Shown: positions 1 through 10,728 of the stretch, piece after piece
How positions within the stretch are numbered: position 1 is the first letter of the stretch
How the letters are laid out: every line of letters begins with the position of its first letter
DNA from: Candidatus Methylomirabilis oxygeniifera
GTDB taxonomy: Bacteria; Methylomirabilota; Methylomirabilia; Methylomirabilales; Methylomirabilaceae
Direction of reading: 5' to 3'
Assembly: GCA_000091165.1 (NCBI GenBank)
Contig: FP565575.1
Location: 1,770,001 to 1,802,000 of the forward strand
Length of the DNA: 32,000 nucleotides
Made by a program: the position numbers and the translations under genes
The notes under the pieces: model-generated
What the model was told of the DNA's origin: nothing
Databases searched by the model: none
What the model saw: only the letters and a program-made list of their open reading frames with translations

Positions 1-2747
1 TTTTTGACATAGGCCCTGACGCGCGGGTGAGCTTCGACGATGCGGCAGAATTCGCCTTCCCAGTCGCTGTCGAGGATCACCCAGTTGAGGTGACATCGAC
101 GAGCATCTGTCTCCCATCGGTCGGTTTTCGAGGTATTGAAATTGACGTGGATGGTGGAGCCGGTGGGATTATAGGGGTCGAGCACGGCCATGATGGGTCG
201 CTGTCCGACGAACGCGCGCGTAATCCCGGCAGTGATGCGTTCGCAAGCCATGTCGGCCAACGTCTTGTATTTCAATTGCGCCGGATAGGTGCCGCCCTTG
301 CAGATGAGGTACCCGTCGATCCATTGGCGGGCGATGCGCTTGAGTTGACCAAAGAGATGGAGCTTGGGGTCTTCGCCCGGGTCGCGCCACTTGGTGAGAA
401 CGAGGTGAGACACCAGCTCATATAGAACCTGCGAGGGTCGAACGTCGCCGGTGTGAACCAGATTGAGATCCACCCTTTCGCCAATGATCCCCGAGTTTTG
501 GGTCTCCGTTGCGCCGACCAGGTCCGGGGTCAACTCCAGCACGGAGTCCTCGTTGAACTCGGCGGTCAGCCGTTCCTCGGGCAATTCGATGCGGTAGCCC
601 ACGACACGGGGGAAGCGGATTTCGAGCGGATCGCGTTCGGGCCGCACGGCCCTGACGTGGATAGTCTCCCGCGGCGGCTGCGGGGGCGCGACCACCGGCT
701 TGGCGGTAAAGTCGAAAGGAATGCCCAAGACGTCGGCGTATTCCACATTGAACAGCTCCTCTTCATTCAAATCGTAGGACTGGCGACGGAGCGCCCGGCC
801 GATGACCTGCTCGCAAAGGAGTTGGGTGCCGAAGGCCCGGACGCCCAGCACATGCGTGACCGTTCTTGCGTCCCAGCCCTCGGTGAGCATGGAGACGGAG
901 ACGACGCAGCGGATCGATCCGCCCAACTGGCCATACTTGCCCACCGTATTCATGACCTCGCGGAGAAGAGTCACGTCATCGAGTTCTTTGCCCATTTGAA
1001 GTTGATCGGCGAGTTTCCCGCCGCGTTCGATGATCTCGCGGCGGAAGCGTTCGATTTCGTCGGCGGCCATGCCACGGAAGTTGTCGTCGAGCGGTTCGCC
1101 GGATTCGAGTTGCTCGCTGTCGATGAGCAACGTGTTTGGCCTGGCGAACGGGTTGCCATGCTCATCAAAGTTGCGAAACAGCGCAAGGCGGCCGGCTATC
1201 GGTGTCTTTGAGCCATCATCGTTCTCGCGGAGAAAGCCGGAGATGAAGTCATACACCAGTTTGGAGATGGCGGTGTTTTGGCAGACGACGATAAAACAGG
1301 GCGGCACGCGGATGCCGGCTTTGTCCCACAGATCGAAGGTCTTCTCGTAGTGACCGTAGAGGGCTTCAAGGGCGGTCTGCAGTTGCGGCGGCAGACTGAG
1401 TGGATCGAGTCTGGCCGACTTGCCCCGCCCTTTCTTGGGCATGTGCGACCGGATGTGTTCCCACAGATTGCGGAACATGGGCATCTCTTCGCCGGGGATG
1501 TTGTCGGCCACGGGGACGCGCGGCAGTTTGACGATGCCGCACTCGATGGCGTCCATGAGCGAGAAGTCGCTCACCGTCCACGGAAAGAGGGTGCCCTCTG
1601 CGTACCCTGAGCCGCTCAGGAAAAAAGGTGTCGCAGACAGGTCGATGACGCACGCGACGCCGAGTGTGCGGTGTACCGCTTCAAGGCCGGAAATCCAAAG
1701 GCGGGCGGCCTCCTTGTTTTTCTCGGCCTCTTTCTTTTCCTCCCCCTTCAAATCCTCCTCGTCGTCTTCTGCTCCGGATTTCTCGCGGTAGCAATGATGC
1801 GCCTCATCATTGAACACGACGATGTTCTTCATGCCCATCAGGTCGGGCATCACCCGCTGAAGCATCTGTCCCTCAGTTTCGAGGGTGTTCAACTCTTCGC
1901 CCCGACCTTGCAGGAGAGAACGCCCGCCCTTCGAGAGATCAATCCGTTCGCGGAGCTTGAAAGCGTGGTAGTTGGTGATGACGATTTTGGCCCGATTCAC
2001 ATCGTCCAGCATGTCGGCCGGCACGAGTTCACGGCTGGCGTAGTAGCTGTCCGGGTCGTTCGGCTGGAGAACGCGCAGCCGATCTTTGATGGTCAGTCCG
2101 GGTGTGACAACAAGAAAGCCACGGGTGAATTTCTTGCTCTGGGGTCGCCGCACGGCGTTGATGGTTTGCCAAGCAATCAACATGGCCATCACGGTCGTCT
2201 TGCCTGCGCCGGTCGCCAGCTTGAGCGCAAAACGCATCAGCTCCGGGTTGGCGTTATGATTGGCATTCGCCAGGTATTCAATGAACGCCTTGCCGGACTT
2301 TCCGGCTTGGGGCGCTACCTCGATGAGCCAGATGGCGGTTTCAACCGCCTCCACCTGGCAGAAAAAGGGCCTGATGCTGCTGAATTGGTGATGCCGCCAG
2401 TGCTGGAGTAGACGTGCCGTTTCGGGAGTCACCTGCCACTGGTTGGGATTCGGTAAGCTGCGCCACTGGTCCACATGTTGGCGTAGCTGATTGATGATCG
2501 AAGTCGGATCATACTGCTGCTTTTCTGTTGAAAGTCCTTTGCCTTCATTGAAAACGAGCTGTCGTTGTTCGGCTGCGCTCTTGCGTTTCCTGGGCTTTGG
2601 AATCGGCGTGATGAACTCCGCCAGACGGCGCCTTTCGATGATCTGCTGTGTAGGCTGTCCGCCGGCATCAAGCTCCCAGTGACGTGCCGGGTATTTGTAG
2701 GGGGAGTTAAGGATAGGGCGTTCGAAAAATAGATTTGTCGTGCTCAA
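1..2747 (-). CDS. Type III restriction/SF2 DEAD-DEAH helicase-like restriction endonuclease subunit, partial (C-terminus beyond left window edge)
   Basis: My own reverse-strand translation from a TTG at 2747 (upstream GAGG) gives MSTTNLFFERPILNSPYKYPARHWELDAGGQPTQ... with Walker A (LKLATGAGKTTVMAMLIAW), DEAH box (VFNDEAHHCYREK), LSATPFF and a late helicase motif (SMLTEGWDARTVTHVLGVRAFGTQLLCEQVIGRALRR). The frame is open to position 1. It is missing from the ORF track because it runs off the edge. Confidence 0.88.
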   Translation of the reverse strand, partial: MSTTNLFFERPILNSPYKYPARHWELDAGGQPTQQIIERRRLAEFITPIPKPRKRKSAAEQRQLVFNEGKGLSTEKQQYDPTSIINQLRQHVDQWRSLPNPNQWQVTPETARLLQHWRHHQFSSIRPFFCQVEAVETAIWLIEVAPQAGKSGKAFIEYLANANHNANPELMRFALKLATGAGKTTVMAMLIAWQTINAVRRPQSKKFTRGFLVVTPGLTIKDRLRVLQPNDPDSYYASRELVPADMLDDVNRAKIVITNYHAFKLRERIDLSKGGRSLLQGRGEELNTLETEGQMLQRVMPDLMGMKNIVVFNDEAHHCYREKSGAEDDEEDLKGEEKKEAEKNKEAARLWISGLEAVHRTLGVACVIDLSATPFFLSGSGYAEGTLFPWTVSDFSLMDAIECGIVKLPRVPVADNIPGEEMPMFRNLWEHIRSHMPKKGRGKSARLDPLSLPPQLQTALEALYGHYEKTFDLWDKAGIRVPPCFIVVCQNTAISKLVYDFISGFLRENDDGSKTPIAGRLALFRNFDEHGNPFARPNTLLIDSEQLESGEPLDDNFRGMAADEIERFRREIIERGGKLADQLQMGKELDDVTLLREVMNTVGKYGQLGGSIRCVVSVSMLTEGWDARTVTHVLGVRAFGTQLLCEQVIGRALRRQSYDLNEEELFNVEYADVLGIPFDFTAKPVVAPPQPPRETIHVRAVRPERDPLEIRFPRVVGYRIELPEERLTAEFNEDSVLELTPDLVGATETQNSGIIGERVDLNLVHTGDVRPSQVLYELVSHLVLTKWRDPGEDPKLHLFGQLKRIARQWIDGYLICKGGTYPAQLKYKTLADMACERITAGITRAFVGQRPIMAVLDPYNPTGSTIHVNFNTSKTDRWETDARRCHLNWVILDSDWEGEFCRIVEAHPRVRAYVK

Positions 2748-3383
2748 TGTGTGTCCTCAGGGGCTCCCTCTTCCTTGGGAGCCTATCGCCGCGTGGCTAC
2801 GGGGAGTGTGGCGGCAAGGCGGTAGTCCCGGCCACCTTGTTATCGAGACCGGCTATGATGCCCTACAGGGCCAGATCGGTCTTCGTCTTCGGCGTGATGT
2901 CAATCTCAGCTTGGGGGAGATTCCCACCACTCGCCATGCCCGCATCCTCTTCCTCTGTGCCAAGCAACAAAGGATAGAACCGAGTGGCCGATGTGTAGCA
3001 TTCAGTTTACACGGGTGTCAATGCAAAAATGATCCATATTGAGGGCCGTACCGGTGGGGGTAGTGGCAGTGCAGATTTCGACCAACGAACAACCACCGTC
3101 TGGAAGGCGGTAGCTTCGGAGTATCGTCGATCAAGAATAGTCTTGCGGTCAAGAACCTTTACGGCATTCGCAGATTAGGCGGCACAGGCGGCCTGTCCAT
3201 CCCCAATGAGTGGGGCATCCAGCCGTAGGTGAACCTGAGCCGACTGCTCATCCATTCTCTGTCCTCACGATCCGCTTACCGGCGTGGGTCCTTTTTGCTT
3301 TATCACGGTGGGTTCTTTTTGCATTGTCAAAACGATTCGTCTCGCGAACCAACGTGCCGGCCCAATAGGGGCACTCCCCGGAC

Positions 3384-4292
3384 TCAGGGAAACAGGTCTC
3401 GAACGCGAATGAACGGCTGCCCGCTTTCGGCCGCATGCCGCACCTTCTTCTGCATTACCGCCGTGAATGCGAGCCCCCGGTCCAGCATTTCGTGCAGATC
3501 CAATCCGTCCATGCACACGAGTCGCTTGCCGCGACCAAAGGCTGCAAGACCCTCCTCAGCGAATCCGCTGGTGCTGACGAATAGGCTGCGCGCCCAGGCG
3601 GCCTTCTCTTCAACCTTGCCGTTGAAGGCATGGAGATCCGACACACCGACCGCTGGTCCTTGCCACTTCGCCTCAAGGAGGTAGGTCTCATCCGCGAACT
3701 CGAAACTGCCATCGATCTGTTCCCCGACAAGGCGAAACGATGCCCGTGCCGCAAGACCGTAGGCGTCGAACAACTCCTTCAGGAATCGCTCGAAGGCGTA
3801 ACCCCGTGTCTGAGGGTCAAGCTGACCGGCCTGAAGTAACTCGTCGCGCAACGAACGAGAAACGGACAGATCGGTCTCGACGGGCGCGGCTGCGACCGGT
3901 GCTCGCGCCGTCGAGACCGGGCGCCTTCCGCCTAACCTCTCGATCAGGCACCAGAACTCCGTTTCGGCGTTGGGAAATGGGTCTTCTGCTCGCTTTCGGC
4001 GACGAAGCGACTCCCGGTACTCCCAAAGCGAAGTCAGCAGTCGAATCCTTGTGCCTTGATTAGTGGTTGTCAGGAAGTACCGAAGCCGCTTGGCTTTACT
4101 TGTACCCTCAGCGGAGTAACGGGGGTCGTCAATATCCACGCCAAGCTCTTCGCGGAAAAAAGTCGCGAAGGTCCGGTCGCTGAAATCCAACACGTACCCG
4201 CCGCCCATATCGAACAGGTCGTCGATGAGACGCATGTCAATAGTGCGGATTGTCATGGGCGGTGGCATCTCGTTGGCATTCTCCCCCGACAA
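3384..4292 (-). CDS. Mrr-like restriction endonuclease (PD-(D/E)xK) with a conserved N-terminal accessory domain
   Basis: 302 aa. C-terminal half has GYAFERFLKELFDAYGL...GEQIDGSFEF...TYLLEAKWQGPAV...STSGFAEEGL, typical of the Mrr-type catalytic core (D...ExK). Confidence 0.8.
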   Translation of the reverse strand: MSGENANEMPPPMTIRTIDMRLIDDLFDMGGGYVLDFSDRTFATFFREELGVDIDDPRYSAEGTSKAKRLRYFLTTTNQGTRIRLLTSLWEYRESLRRRKRAEDPFPNAETEFWCLIERLGGRRPVSTARAPVAAAPVETDLSVSRSLRDELLQAGQLDPQTRGYAFERFLKELFDAYGLAARASFRLVGEQIDGSFEFADETYLLEAKWQGPAVGVSDLHAFNGKVEEKAAWARSLFVSTSGFAEEGLAAFGRGKRLVCMDGLDLHEMLDRGLAFTAVMQKKVRHAAESGQPFIRVRDLFP

Positions 4293-4447
4293 GTATCTGT
4301 GGTGCAGGTCCCTGAAATGAATTTCAGCCCGTCGTCAGACGTCAACACACGGGCATCACCGGCCACGGTCTGCACTGCACCTTCCGGGCTCTCGCGAATG
4401 CGTCCGAAGTCGTAGTCCGGTGGATGCCCTTGGTTCGGCCCTTCATT

Positions 4448-5185
4448 CTAGTTTTTCTGATCGACAGAAAACTTCGTGACGCAATGATCTGTAACGATGT
4501 TCAGCAGCGCCGCACTTGCCTTCAATGCGCCTTCAAAGTAGGTATCGCTCGCTCCCAAGAACGTCATGCTCGGCAGTGCAGCGCCAACGGCCGTGATCCG
4601 ACGATCATAGATGTCGTTTCTGACCCACCCGTTGTGGACGCCGATGTCTCGCCGAGCCTTCATCTCTACAATAGGCGACCATACCGACAAAAACAGCTCC
4701 TCCGACATCGACAAGAGCTTAGCGATCTTCTTTCCGTAGTCGAGAGGTGTCTCGTAAAAGAGCTGGTTCAAGTGCTTCTCGGCGGCGAATCGAAGGGCTC
4801 CGTCGCGTCCGAGTTGTGCAACTACTTCGACCGTGACCTGCTCGCTGCCGATCTTTCCAGGATAGGCCATGATCACTACGGTTAGGACCGACTTCAGGAA
4901 GTCCTCCAGTTCCGACACAAGGGCGATGAATAGTTGCGATCGAATGTATGGTTGCACCCGCCGATCCTGCACCTTGACACCGGGACGCTTGTCGAGCTCC
5001 TCGAAATCAGCAGGAATGGCGTCAGCAGCGCTGCGTAAGTTGCCGAAGAACGAGAAGCTGAACGGATCCCAAGCCGCCTCCGACGTGGCGTGCGCAACGA
5101 AGCGGTCGCAGCCTTGAAGAGCTTGTAGCCGTATCAGCTTTTCATCGCGAAGAGCTTGCAACGCAGTGGCTTCGATCATACGCAC
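4448..5185 (-). CDS. HEPN-like protein (predicted RNase, RxxxxH motif)
   Basis: 245 aa, predicted largely alpha-helical. Contains 'EMKARRDIGVHNGWVRNDIY', a HEPN-type R-x4-H motif in a helix-rich context. Confidence 0.6.
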   Translation of the reverse strand: MRMIEATALQALRDEKLIRLQALQGCDRFVAHATSEAAWDPFSFSFFGNLRSAADAIPADFEELDKRPGVKVQDRRVQPYIRSQLFIALVSELEDFLKSVLTVVIMAYPGKIGSEQVTVEVVAQLGRDGALRFAAEKHLNQLFYETPLDYGKKIAKLLSMSEELFLSVWSPIVEMKARRDIGVHNGWVRNDIYDRRITAVGAALPSMTFLGASDTYFEGALKASAALLNIVTDHCVTKFSVDQKN

Positions 5186-5695
5186 GATCCATGCTTTTCA
5201 GCCAAACTATAAGTGAGCCGCTCTTCAAGCAGACAAGGGCTATCTCCTCAATCGACTCCGCTTCTCGACAACGATTTTGTTCGTACTCTCGCATACTTAG
5301 CCTAACCGGTCAAGCCGATTGTGGTCGACACGCGCTGCCAGATTTGGCGACCTATCATCCCAACGATCGACGGTCTCTCTCGGTCGCCCGCTGGCCGATC
5401 AGCCGGGCTGCTGCCCTCGCGTAGTTCCAGCCATACGACAACTCCAGCAATGCGGGACAAGCATCCAAGCAAGGAATAGCAGGCTGCGTCGCTCGCCCCT
5501 CTCGCGCGTGCACGATTGTTAATAGGCTGTTTCTGCCCGGGGTGAATGCAGTCCTGGGTACGGCATGTTTCGTCAACCGGGCACAACGGCCATTGCGCAT
5601 GATCGTTCACCACGTCAGGCTCGTTGGCCCACCTTCCGGCTGCGATCGGGATAGACTCCCGTCGCAGTCGTTCCCTCTCATGAAAGGAGATCGAT

Positions 5696-6451
5696 ATGTC
5701 GACACGTACACGCATCCTGCACCTGCCCCCCGCGATGGACACCCGCACCTGTAGCCGCTGGGCCTGTCTGCAGCGGATGCCCGGCAGCGGGCTCGATCCC
5801 GCGATACTCACGCATCATGTTCAGCGTACGGTCGATGCCGTCGCGGCCATCGTGGTCGAGGATGCCGAAGTAAAGGGCACCCTCCAGGAAACGGAGCACT
5901 ACGTCACGGCTTTCCTCGACCGGTACTGGCCGGTAATTCCCGCGCTTGTCGGTCCCGGGTATCCAAAATCTGTGGTGGCGATGGCGGAAGAGCAGGGCGC
6001 TGTCTGTATCGAGACGCTCGTCGAGCGCACTATGCCTCGGCTCCAGTATGCGGAACGCCTCCTCGCCCATGCGCAGTCGTTCGGGTGGAGGATTCCGGAT
6101 GGAGCCGGTGGCGAGTTGGTGATTCCGGGAGTGATCGCCAGGCTGGGTGAGGATCGCCTGACCGGCACCCTTCGCATCTACGAGTGGCAGATCGAGCAGC
6201 AGAAGTTCCCCTACCTCAATGCGTTTCTCCGCTTCCAGCAGACGGGGGTCGCGCTGGGATGGCTTCGGAGCCAGTATCCGGAGCGGGAGACCGTCTATGC
6301 GGAAGTCAGCCTGCTCTCGGACACTACCTGGGAGTGGAGCCGGACGGCTCAGGAGCTTCATCTGCTGGAGGGGCTACTGCAACAGCAGGCGGATCAGGCA
6401 CAACCCTTGATGCCGTTCGGGACGCCACCAGTCCAGTTCGGAAGAAATTAG
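5696..6451 (+). CDS. Hypothetical protein of recombinase-associated operon
   Basis: 251-aa ORF preceded by AAAGGAG 6 nt upstream of ATG. Co-directional with the downstream recombinase. No family recognised. Confidence 0.6.
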   Translation: MSTRTRILHLPPAMDTRTCSRWACLQRMPGSGLDPAILTHHVQRTVDAVAAIVVEDAEVKGTLQETEHYVTAFLDRYWPVIPALVGPGYPKSVVAMAEEQGAVCIETLVERTMPRLQYAERLLAHAQSFGWRIPDGAGGELVIPGVIARLGEDRLTGTLRIYEWQIEQQKFPYLNAFLRFQQTGVALGWLRSQYPERETVYAEVSLLSDTTWEWSRTAQELHLLEGLLQQQADQAQPLMPFGTPPVQFGRN

Positions 6452-6577
6452 CCCCGGTCGTGCGCACCCCAAGGGATCGCACTCCTGATCCCTGGGGGCC
6501 TTCATAACCCCTCCTCCGGCTCGTTCGATGGACCGCGAGGTTCAGCCGAGCAGCCGATGAAGCGAAAGGCACTCCCT

Positions 6578-6952
6578 ATGCCAGAACGCACTGCAACACA
6601 TCTGCAACGTCTCACCGAAACGCTGGGCGCGCCAGTAAGTCACACTCCTGTGGTGTCCCACGCCAGAAAGCGCCGTCATCTTCGTTCTCATGATCGTCAA
6701 CGACCGATGGCCACCGCACTGTCAACCCTTACGGAGGGCTCTTCAACGGCCCTCCAATCCGATATTGCGATCGAGTTCCTCGCAATAGAGTCGAATGAGG
6801 CTCCACGAGCTGAATCGAAAATTCCGCACGCTATCGAGATTCTGGTACAATGCCTCCACCAATACGTGGAGGCGCATCCGGAACGGTTCCAGATCCGAGA
6901 GACCGAGACACCTACCTGCCGGATCAAGACCGTGACCCTCAACAAGGAGTAA
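6578..6952 (+). CDS. Hypothetical protein of recombinase-associated operon
   Basis: Internal ATG (MPERTATHLQRL...) within the 6557..6952 ORF. Stop lies 8 nt before the recombinase ATG, consistent with an operon. Confidence 0.5.
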   Translation: MPERTATHLQRLTETLGAPVSHTPVVSHARKRRHLRSHDRQRPMATALSTLTEGSSTALQSDIAIEFLAIESNEAPRAESKIPHAIEILVQCLHQYVEAHPERFQIRETETPTCRIKTVTLNKE

Positions 6953-6959
6953 TACCATC

Positions 6960-8708
<1,749 letters not shown>

Positions 8709-8716
8709 AAGACATC

Positions 8717-9835
8717 TTAGGCAAGATAGCCGGCAGTGTCAAGGCTTTTCTGATCAGGCTCGGTGGCCAACAAGCCACAGGCGGCCGAAATGTCCAGGCC
8801 GCGACTCTCGCGAATGGTGGCCAGGATGTCGGCCGACCTCAAGATGCGTTGGAACATCTCGACGCGCTCCTGTGAAGGTCGCCGAAACGGGATGGCGGGG
8901 GCCTCGTTCAAGGACAAGAGATTCACCTTACACCGAAGGCCGCGCAGCAGCTTTACCAGTTCACGGGCGTCCTCGGATCGGTCGTTCACCCCATCGATCA
9001 GCACGTACTCGAATGTCAGCCGCCGCCGGGATGGGAGCGGATAGGCTCTGAGCGCGACCATCAACTCTTTGAGGGGATAGCGACGGTTGATCGGAACCAG
9101 CCGGTCACGCAACTCATCGGTGCTTGCATGGAGCGACACGGCCAAGTTCACCCCAAGTCCACTCTGGCCAAGCCGCACAATCTCCGGAACCAGGCCGACG
9201 GTCGAGAGGGTAATCCGGCGCGGCGGATACGCAAGACCCATTGGGTGCGACAGGATCGTGAGCGCCTTCACGGTGGCATCGTAGTTGTGGAGCGGCTCGC
9301 CCATCCCCATCAACACCAGATTGCCGATCCGCTCTCCAGGCTGAAGATCGCGCTGGAGCGCGAGCACCTGATCGACGACCTCACCAGACTGCAGGTGACG
9401 GACGAACCCCATCTTCCCCGTAAGACAGAAGGCGCAGGCTAGAGCGCACCCTACCTGAGTGGACAGGCAGGCGGTCAGCCGCCTTTCATCAGGGATCAGC
9501 ACCGTTTCGATCTGTCGCTCGTCTGTGCAGCCAAGCAGGTATTTCCGCGTGCCGTCCCGGGAGATCTCTTTCGCGAGAGGAGTAAGGGCGCCAATCGCCG
9601 TGTGCTCGGCCAGTCTCGCCCGTAACGCGATCGGCAGATCAGTCATCTCTGCAAACGTGTGTGCGTCGCGTGCGTAGATCCAATGGAAGAGCTGGCGGCC
9701 ACGGTAGACCGGCTCGCCATGGTCGGAAACCACGCGCTCCATCTCCTCAAGGCTCAGCCCTTTGAGGTCGATCTTGTTATCAATACGTTGCTCTTCCATC
9801 TCGACAATACCATGACGGTTGACCCTATCCGTCAT
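8717..9835 (-). CDS. rlmN: 23S rRNA (adenine2503-C2)/tRNA (adenine37-C2) methyltransferase RlmN
   Basis: Radical SAM CxxxCxxC (GCALACAFCLTGKMGF), LVLMGMGEPLHNYDA, STVGLVPEI, VNLAVSLHAS, ISAACGLL. The ORF extends to 9919, but ATG at 9835 is a plausible start. Confidence 0.95.
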   Translation of the reverse strand: MTDRVNRHGIVEMEEQRIDNKIDLKGLSLEEMERVVSDHGEPVYRGRQLFHWIYARDAHTFAEMTDLPIALRARLAEHTAIGALTPLAKEISRDGTRKYLLGCTDERQIETVLIPDERRLTACLSTQVGCALACAFCLTGKMGFVRHLQSGEVVDQVLALQRDLQPGERIGNLVLMGMGEPLHNYDATVKALTILSHPMGLAYPPRRITLSTVGLVPEIVRLGQSGLGVNLAVSLHASTDELRDRLVPINRRYPLKELMVALRAYPLPSRRRLTFEYVLIDGVNDRSEDARELVKLLRGLRCKVNLLSLNEAPAIPFRRPSQERVEMFQRILRSADILATIRESRGLDISAACGLLATEPDQKSLDTAGYLA

Positions 9836-9978
9836 TGCAAGCGACCAACGGGAGCGCGGCAATGTCACCGTACTTGAGGTTGCGAAAAACGATGGGAATG
9901 CTTCGTCTGCGCCTCGCAATGACGCTGGCGGGGAGATTGGTCAGGCCATGAACACGTATGAAGAACTTTATGATGCAA

Positions 9979-10728
9979 TTACTGACTGAGCCGTTTGAAC
10001 TGGCGCATCGCCTCAGCCGCCATCTCGCTCGTGGGACTCAGATCCACGACCTTCTGAAACGCCTGCCTGGCCCGGTCTTTCTCATTTGCCGACAGATAGG
10101 TAAAGCCCAGGCTCTGGTAAGCCGTAGCGAGTTCCGGCGCCTGCTTGACGGCCAGTGTCAGTTCGGCGATCGCCAGTTCCAACTGTCCTTGCACCAGGTA
10201 GGCGTAGCCCAGTCGATTATGGGCCTCGGCGAAATCGGGGAGGATGTCCAGCGCGCGCTTGAACTCCATAACCGCATCGGCAGTCCGTCCCTGGACCATG
10301 TAGACATTCCCCAGATTCAGGTGCGCCTGCTCGGGAGACAGGTAGGCGGGGTTTAATAGCGCCTGCCTGAAGGCCGTGACGGCCTGATCGTAGTCGGCCT
10401 GCTGGACAAATGCCGAACCAAGATTATTGTAGGCATCAGAAAATTTCGGGTCGAGCTGGACCGCCCTTTGAAAGGAGGCAACGGCCTGATCGAGGCGGCG
10501 ATCCATCAGGTACGCCAACCCCAAGGCATTGCGATAGACCGAATTATCCGGGGCGTCGCCGATCGCCTGACCGAACTCCGCAATCGCCTGCTTGACGTCG
10601 CCGCTGGCCAGCCGCGCAACACCTAAATTGTAATGGGTGTCGGCCTTTTCCTCCTTGACCGCCGCCTGTTCTGTGGCACAGGCGGCAAGCACACAACCCA
10701 GCAGAACGATAACGATCCGACCCCGCAT
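9979..10728 (-). CDS. TPR-repeat lipoprotein (PilF/PilW-like)
   Basis: Lipobox-like signal LLGCVLAACAT followed by several TPRs (YNLGVARLASGDVKQAIAEFGQAI, YNNLGSAFVQQADYDQAVTAFRQAL). Confidence 0.8.
   Translation of the reverse strand: MRGRIVIVLLGCVLAACATEQAAVKEEKADTHYNLGVARLASGDVKQAIAEFGQAIGDAPDNSVYRNALGLAYLMDRRLDQAVASFQRAVQLDPKFSDAYNNLGSAFVQQADYDQAVTAFRQALLNPAYLSPEQAHLNLGNVYMVQGRTADAVMEFKRALDILPDFAEAHNRLGYAYLVQGQLELAIAELTLAVKQAPELATAYQSLGFTYLSANEKDRARQAFQKVVDLSPTSEMAAEAMRQFKRLSQ

Noticed and set aside
453-2411. Long plus-strand ORFs (252 aa at 453..1211, 246 aa at 1671..2411)
   Set aside because: They are antisense shadows of the minus-strand restriction helicase, whose translation has clear helicase motifs.
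3229-3684. 151-aa plus-strand ORF
   Set aside because: It mostly overlaps the 3' part of the Mrr-like gene in antisense and has low-complexity composition with no recognisable motif.
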